NCBI RefSeq assembly: GCF_009914755.1
Contig: NC_060937.1
Length of the DNA: 64,000 nt
Strand: one strand, 5' to 3'
DNA from: the human T2T-CHM13v2.0 reference genome, Homo sapiens
Positions 59,727 through 64,000 of the stretch are shown here, in pieces. How positions within the stretch are numbered: position 1 is the stretch's first letter; every line of letters starts with the position of its first letter. A program made the translations under genes and the position numbers. Under the pieces are notes generated by a model, which was given only the letters and a program-made list of their open reading frames with translations, was not told the DNA's origin and searched no databases.

Positions 59727-61449
59727 TTAAATACTGTTTTAAATGTCACCTATTGTGCTATACACAAACCTTATTCCAAGAGGCTAATAATGCTGACCCA
59801 GATTGCAAAATACTGAGCAAAGATGAGTTCATCTGCCCCTCAGTCTCATGGAGTTCCTTGTCATTTTGACCAGAAAAATACAGTGTTAAGAAACTGGCTG
59901 TGAAAAAAAAAAATCAAAATAATTCAGGCCTGAATTTAGGAAGCCACTGCAGGATGAAATCAGACAGTCATTTCTTTCTTGTAATGGAAATGAGAAACTA
60001 TAACACACAGCTCAGATACAAGTTCATTTATCTCCATCATAAAATCCTTTGAAAAACACATTACTCTGGTATCAAGCAAAAAGTCGTTAACTATGCAAAT
60101 GGAAAATTAATTTTGAGTCATAGAAATAACTGGAAATTCATTTTAAAATATTGAGAATTTCTGCTAGAAATCTTTTGTTATCAAAGAAAATCCTTTCGAA
60201 CTTCAATTCTTTACAATATTTAAATCTATCTTGTTAAAAACTGCTGTATTTTTGTTACTTGTTTATTGAATTCACTTTTATGATAGTGCCAGTAAGACTA
60301 TGGAAAGGATATTCTCTGGGCATTTATATTAAAGATAATATCAATGAAACCTTTTTCCTAGTAAAACTGAGGAGTGAGGGGGAAATAATATTCCTCAATG
60401 TACTTCTAAATGTCACAGAATATTTGGGATTATCTTTAACTTGATAATTTGTCTATACAAGCAAAACAGAGAATTCAATCAAGTATTCAGCTACTCTCGG
60501 TTTTTAAAAATGGATTTTTGCCCTAGCTTTCCATGAGTTTGTATGTCAAGCCACCATCGGTTGACCAATTATTTTAATTGAACTTACAGTTTTTATTCAA
60601 ATTAAACTTCATAAATGAGGCCAATTTTAGAATTGCATTCGCTACTAGTTAGGCTAAATGACACAGCTGACAGAGAAAACATATTTTAATGATGTGATAC
60701 CAGAGTTAATCTTAAGGGAAAAGTTTCCAAAAGCAACAACACTCTCAAAATTGGAAACTAGAAACATTAGCCCAAAGTTATCACAAATTAGGTCTAAATA
60801 GAGCCCTCCATAGAAAGTTATGACAGTTTTCATATATCTGCATTAATTTTTAATTTATATAGTTCAAAATCTCTATGTATGTAAGTGTTTTTTTTTTCTC
60901 TGTTTAAAGCCAACTGGTAAGTTTTCAGAAAATATCTTAACAGGTTGCTATATAACTTATGTCCAAAAGAAAGCAGTATGATAATGTGTTTTTCACCCAG
61001 TTATTCCAGCACTAAAGTTATAAGAAAGCACTGTTTCTAACAACAGATGGTTTGTTAGGGCCAGCACCTTGCTAAAGAAATTAAAATTTATTTTAAGAAA
61101 AAGAGAGAGAGAGTTTTCCCTTAAAACTGGGGGAGAGGGAGTAAAAGGAAAGAGGGAGATTAAATAACAAAGTTAGAAGAGATTCAATAAAAAGCCAAAG
61201 CAGGTGAAGACATCAATCAATTCCAGACATTTTAATTCCTCTACTGATTCTAGGTATTAAGGGCAAGAGAAGAATGACTTCTCTATGAATCTAAAATAAA
61301 AACTTCCATTGTAGAGTAACTCTGCAGCTACTTTTCTGTTTAGTCTCCATTTTCAGCTCTTCCTAATATAGTTCCTATTAGGATCTTTGCTCTGCTTTTA
61401 TATTACAGGTTTTATTCTCTCTTAATAAAAAGTAATCTTTAAAAATTAC

Positions 61450-61630
61450 AGATGGGATGGGTGGACAAAGGGGAGTTGTTTAATGGGTACAGAGTTTCAG
61501 TTTTGCAAGAAAAGAAGTTCTGGAGACTGCACAACAATGGAAACATACTTCACACTACTAAACTGTACACTTTAAAATAGTTAAGATGGTAAATGTTATA
61601 TTACGTGTATTTTTGACAGTTTGAAAAAAT
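61450..61630 (+). mobile_element. L1MB 3' end
   Basis: 'tttaatgggtacagagtttcagttttgcaaga...aactgtacactttaaaatagttaagatggtaaat'. Confidence 0.8.
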
Positions 61631-61642
61631 TATGAGTCGCAC

Positions 61643-61948
<306 letters not shown>

Positions 61949-62064
61949 TTGTGAATGCAGAATTGCTCTAAGAAAGCAATCATTCAATGAATTCAAAATC
62001 TTTTATTAATATTGTATTTTTTGATGTTTTTTAAATCATTTTTGATAATATTGTTTAAATGTTT

Positions 62065-63745
62065 CCACTATCCAAAGTGATCTACAGATTCAATGCAATT
62101 CCCATCAAAATTCCAATGACATTTTTCACAGAAGTAAAAAAAAAATCTTAAGATTCACATGGAACCACAAAAGACCCAGAACGACCAAAGCAATCTTGAG
62201 CAAAATGAACAAAGCTGAAGGCATCACACTACCTGATTTCAAAATCTCCTACAAAGCTATAGTAATCAAAATAGCATGGTACTAGCATAAAAGCATACAC
62301 ATAGGCCAGTGGAATGGAAGACAGAACCCAGAAATAAGTTCCCACACTTATGGTCAGTTAATTTTCAACAAAGGTGTCAAGAACACATAATGGGAATGGA
62401 TAGCCTCTTCAGTAAATGGTGCCGAGAAAACTGGATATCCACATGCAGAAGAATAAAGTTAGACCCTTATCTCGCACCATATACAGAAATCAACTCAAAC
62501 CGAATTAAAGACTTAGACATAAAATCTGAAATTGTAAAACTACCAGAAGCTCCATGACATTGATCCAAGCAGTGATTTTTTTCAGTATGACCCCAAAGGC
62601 ACAGGCAACAAAAGCAAAAATAGACAAATGGGATGTAATCAAATTAAAAAGCTTCTGCACAGCAAACAAAATTACCCGAGTGAAGAGACAAACTATGAAA
62701 AAGGAGAAAATATATGTATGCAAACCATATATCTGATAAGGGGTTAATATCCCAAATATATAAGGAACAATTCAATAGTTTAAAAAAAAACAATTTAAAA
62801 ATGGGCAATGGACCTGAACAAACATTTCTCAAGAGAAGACATACAAATGGTCAATAGTTGTAAGAAAAAAATGTTCAACATCACTAATCATCAGGAAAAT
62901 TCAAATTAAAACCACAACGCCTCACACCTGTTGGAATGGTTATTATAAAAAAAGATGACAAGTTAAGTGTTGGTGAGGATGTGGTGAAAAGGGAACCACA
63001 CTATTGGCCAGGATGTAAATTAGTATGGTCATAATGGAAAACAGTATAGAGGTTCCTCAAAATAGAACTACCATATGATCAAGCAATCCCACTACTGGGT
63101 ATATATCTAAAGGATATGACATCAGTATGTTGAAAAGGTATCTATACTATCATGTCCATTGCATCATTATTCACAATAGCCAAGATATGAAATCAATGTA
63201 AGTGTCCACCAACAGATGAATGAATATAAAAACTGTGGTATACATACACAATGGAATGCTATTCAGCCTGGGAAGCAAATCCTATTATTTTCAACAGCAT
63301 GGATGAACTTGGAGAACGTGATGTTAAATGAAATAAGCCAGGCACAGAAAGACAAATACCACATGATCTCACTTATCTGTGAAATCTAAAAAAAATTAAC
63401 TCATAGAAACAGAGTAAAATGGTGGTTACCAGAGGCTGGAGTGTAGAGGCACTGATAAGATGTTAGTCACAGAACACAAAATTTCAGTTAGATAGGAGGA
63501 ACATGTTCAAGACACCTACTGTACATCATGGTGACCATAGTTAATAATAACAATATATTATATACTCGAAGTCTTTGAGAGAGTAGATTTTAAAGGTTCT
63601 CACCACACAAAAAAGTTAAGAATGTGAGGTAATGCATATCTTAAATGGCTTGATTTAACCATTCTACAATGTATATGGGTATCAAAACATCATGTTTTAT
63701 ACCATAAATGTATAAAATTTTTACTTATCAATTGAAATAAAATTT
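62065..63745 (+). mobile_element. L1MA-type element: decayed ORF2 C-terminus and 3' UTR
   Basis: ORF fragments give L1 ORF2 motifs ([25 protein letters not shown]; [25 protein letters not shown]) in different frames; L1MA 3' UTR ends 'caattgaaataaaa'. Confidence 0.92.
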
Positions 63746-63747
63746 TT

Positions 63748-63952
63748 AATGGGAGAAAAACTTGAATAGACATTTCTCCAAAGAAGACATAAAAATGGCC
63801 GACAGGGATATGAAAAGATGCTTGACTTCACTAATCATTACAGAAACGCAAAGCAAAATACAATGAGATACCACCTCACTCCTCTTAGGAAGCCTATTAC
63901 CAAAAAGAGAAGAGACCACAAGTGTTGGGGAGGATGTGTAGAAAAGGGAAAA
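63748..63952 (+). mobile_element. Separate older L1 ORF2-end fragment
   Basis: 'ttgaatagacatttctccaaagaagacata...caatgagataccacctcac', homologous to ~62800-62995. Confidence 0.8.
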
Positions 63953-64000
63953 AATCCTTTTTGATAATGTTTAAGTCACAGATCAAGTCCCCTTATCAAA

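Noticed and set aside
62309-62736. ORFs resembling reverse-transcriptase-associated protein
   Set aside because: Frameshifted remnants of L1 ORF2 in a dead, 5'-truncated L1MA.

Overview
Human (primate) genomic DNA, not a microbial accessory region. Positions 1-250 on the minus strand are the 5' part of a coding exon of TBC1D4 (AS160, Rab-GAP), recognised from its translation ([83 protein letters not shown]...); by recall this is exon 2. The remaining ~63.7 kb is the large upstream intron, filled with ~23 Alu/FLAM copies, L1 and L2 fragments, MIRs, ERV1/MaLR LTRs, DNA-transposon fossils and microsatellites. None of the ORFs in the supplied track looks like a real gene, and the track misses the true exon. 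I see no evidence of a new multi-gene system. The best leads are small: a candidate 55-nt poison exon with strong splice sites, a candidate spliced antisense transcript, an inverted MER4 LTR pair with a sense-strand poly(A) signal, a head-to-head Alu pair, a tail-less AluY with target-site repeats, a near-consensus AluY without a TSD that splits an E-box cluster, a two-LTR MLT1 element and several template-switch scars. Repeat subfamily names are from visual recall of consensus sequences, and boundaries of old repeats are approximate.
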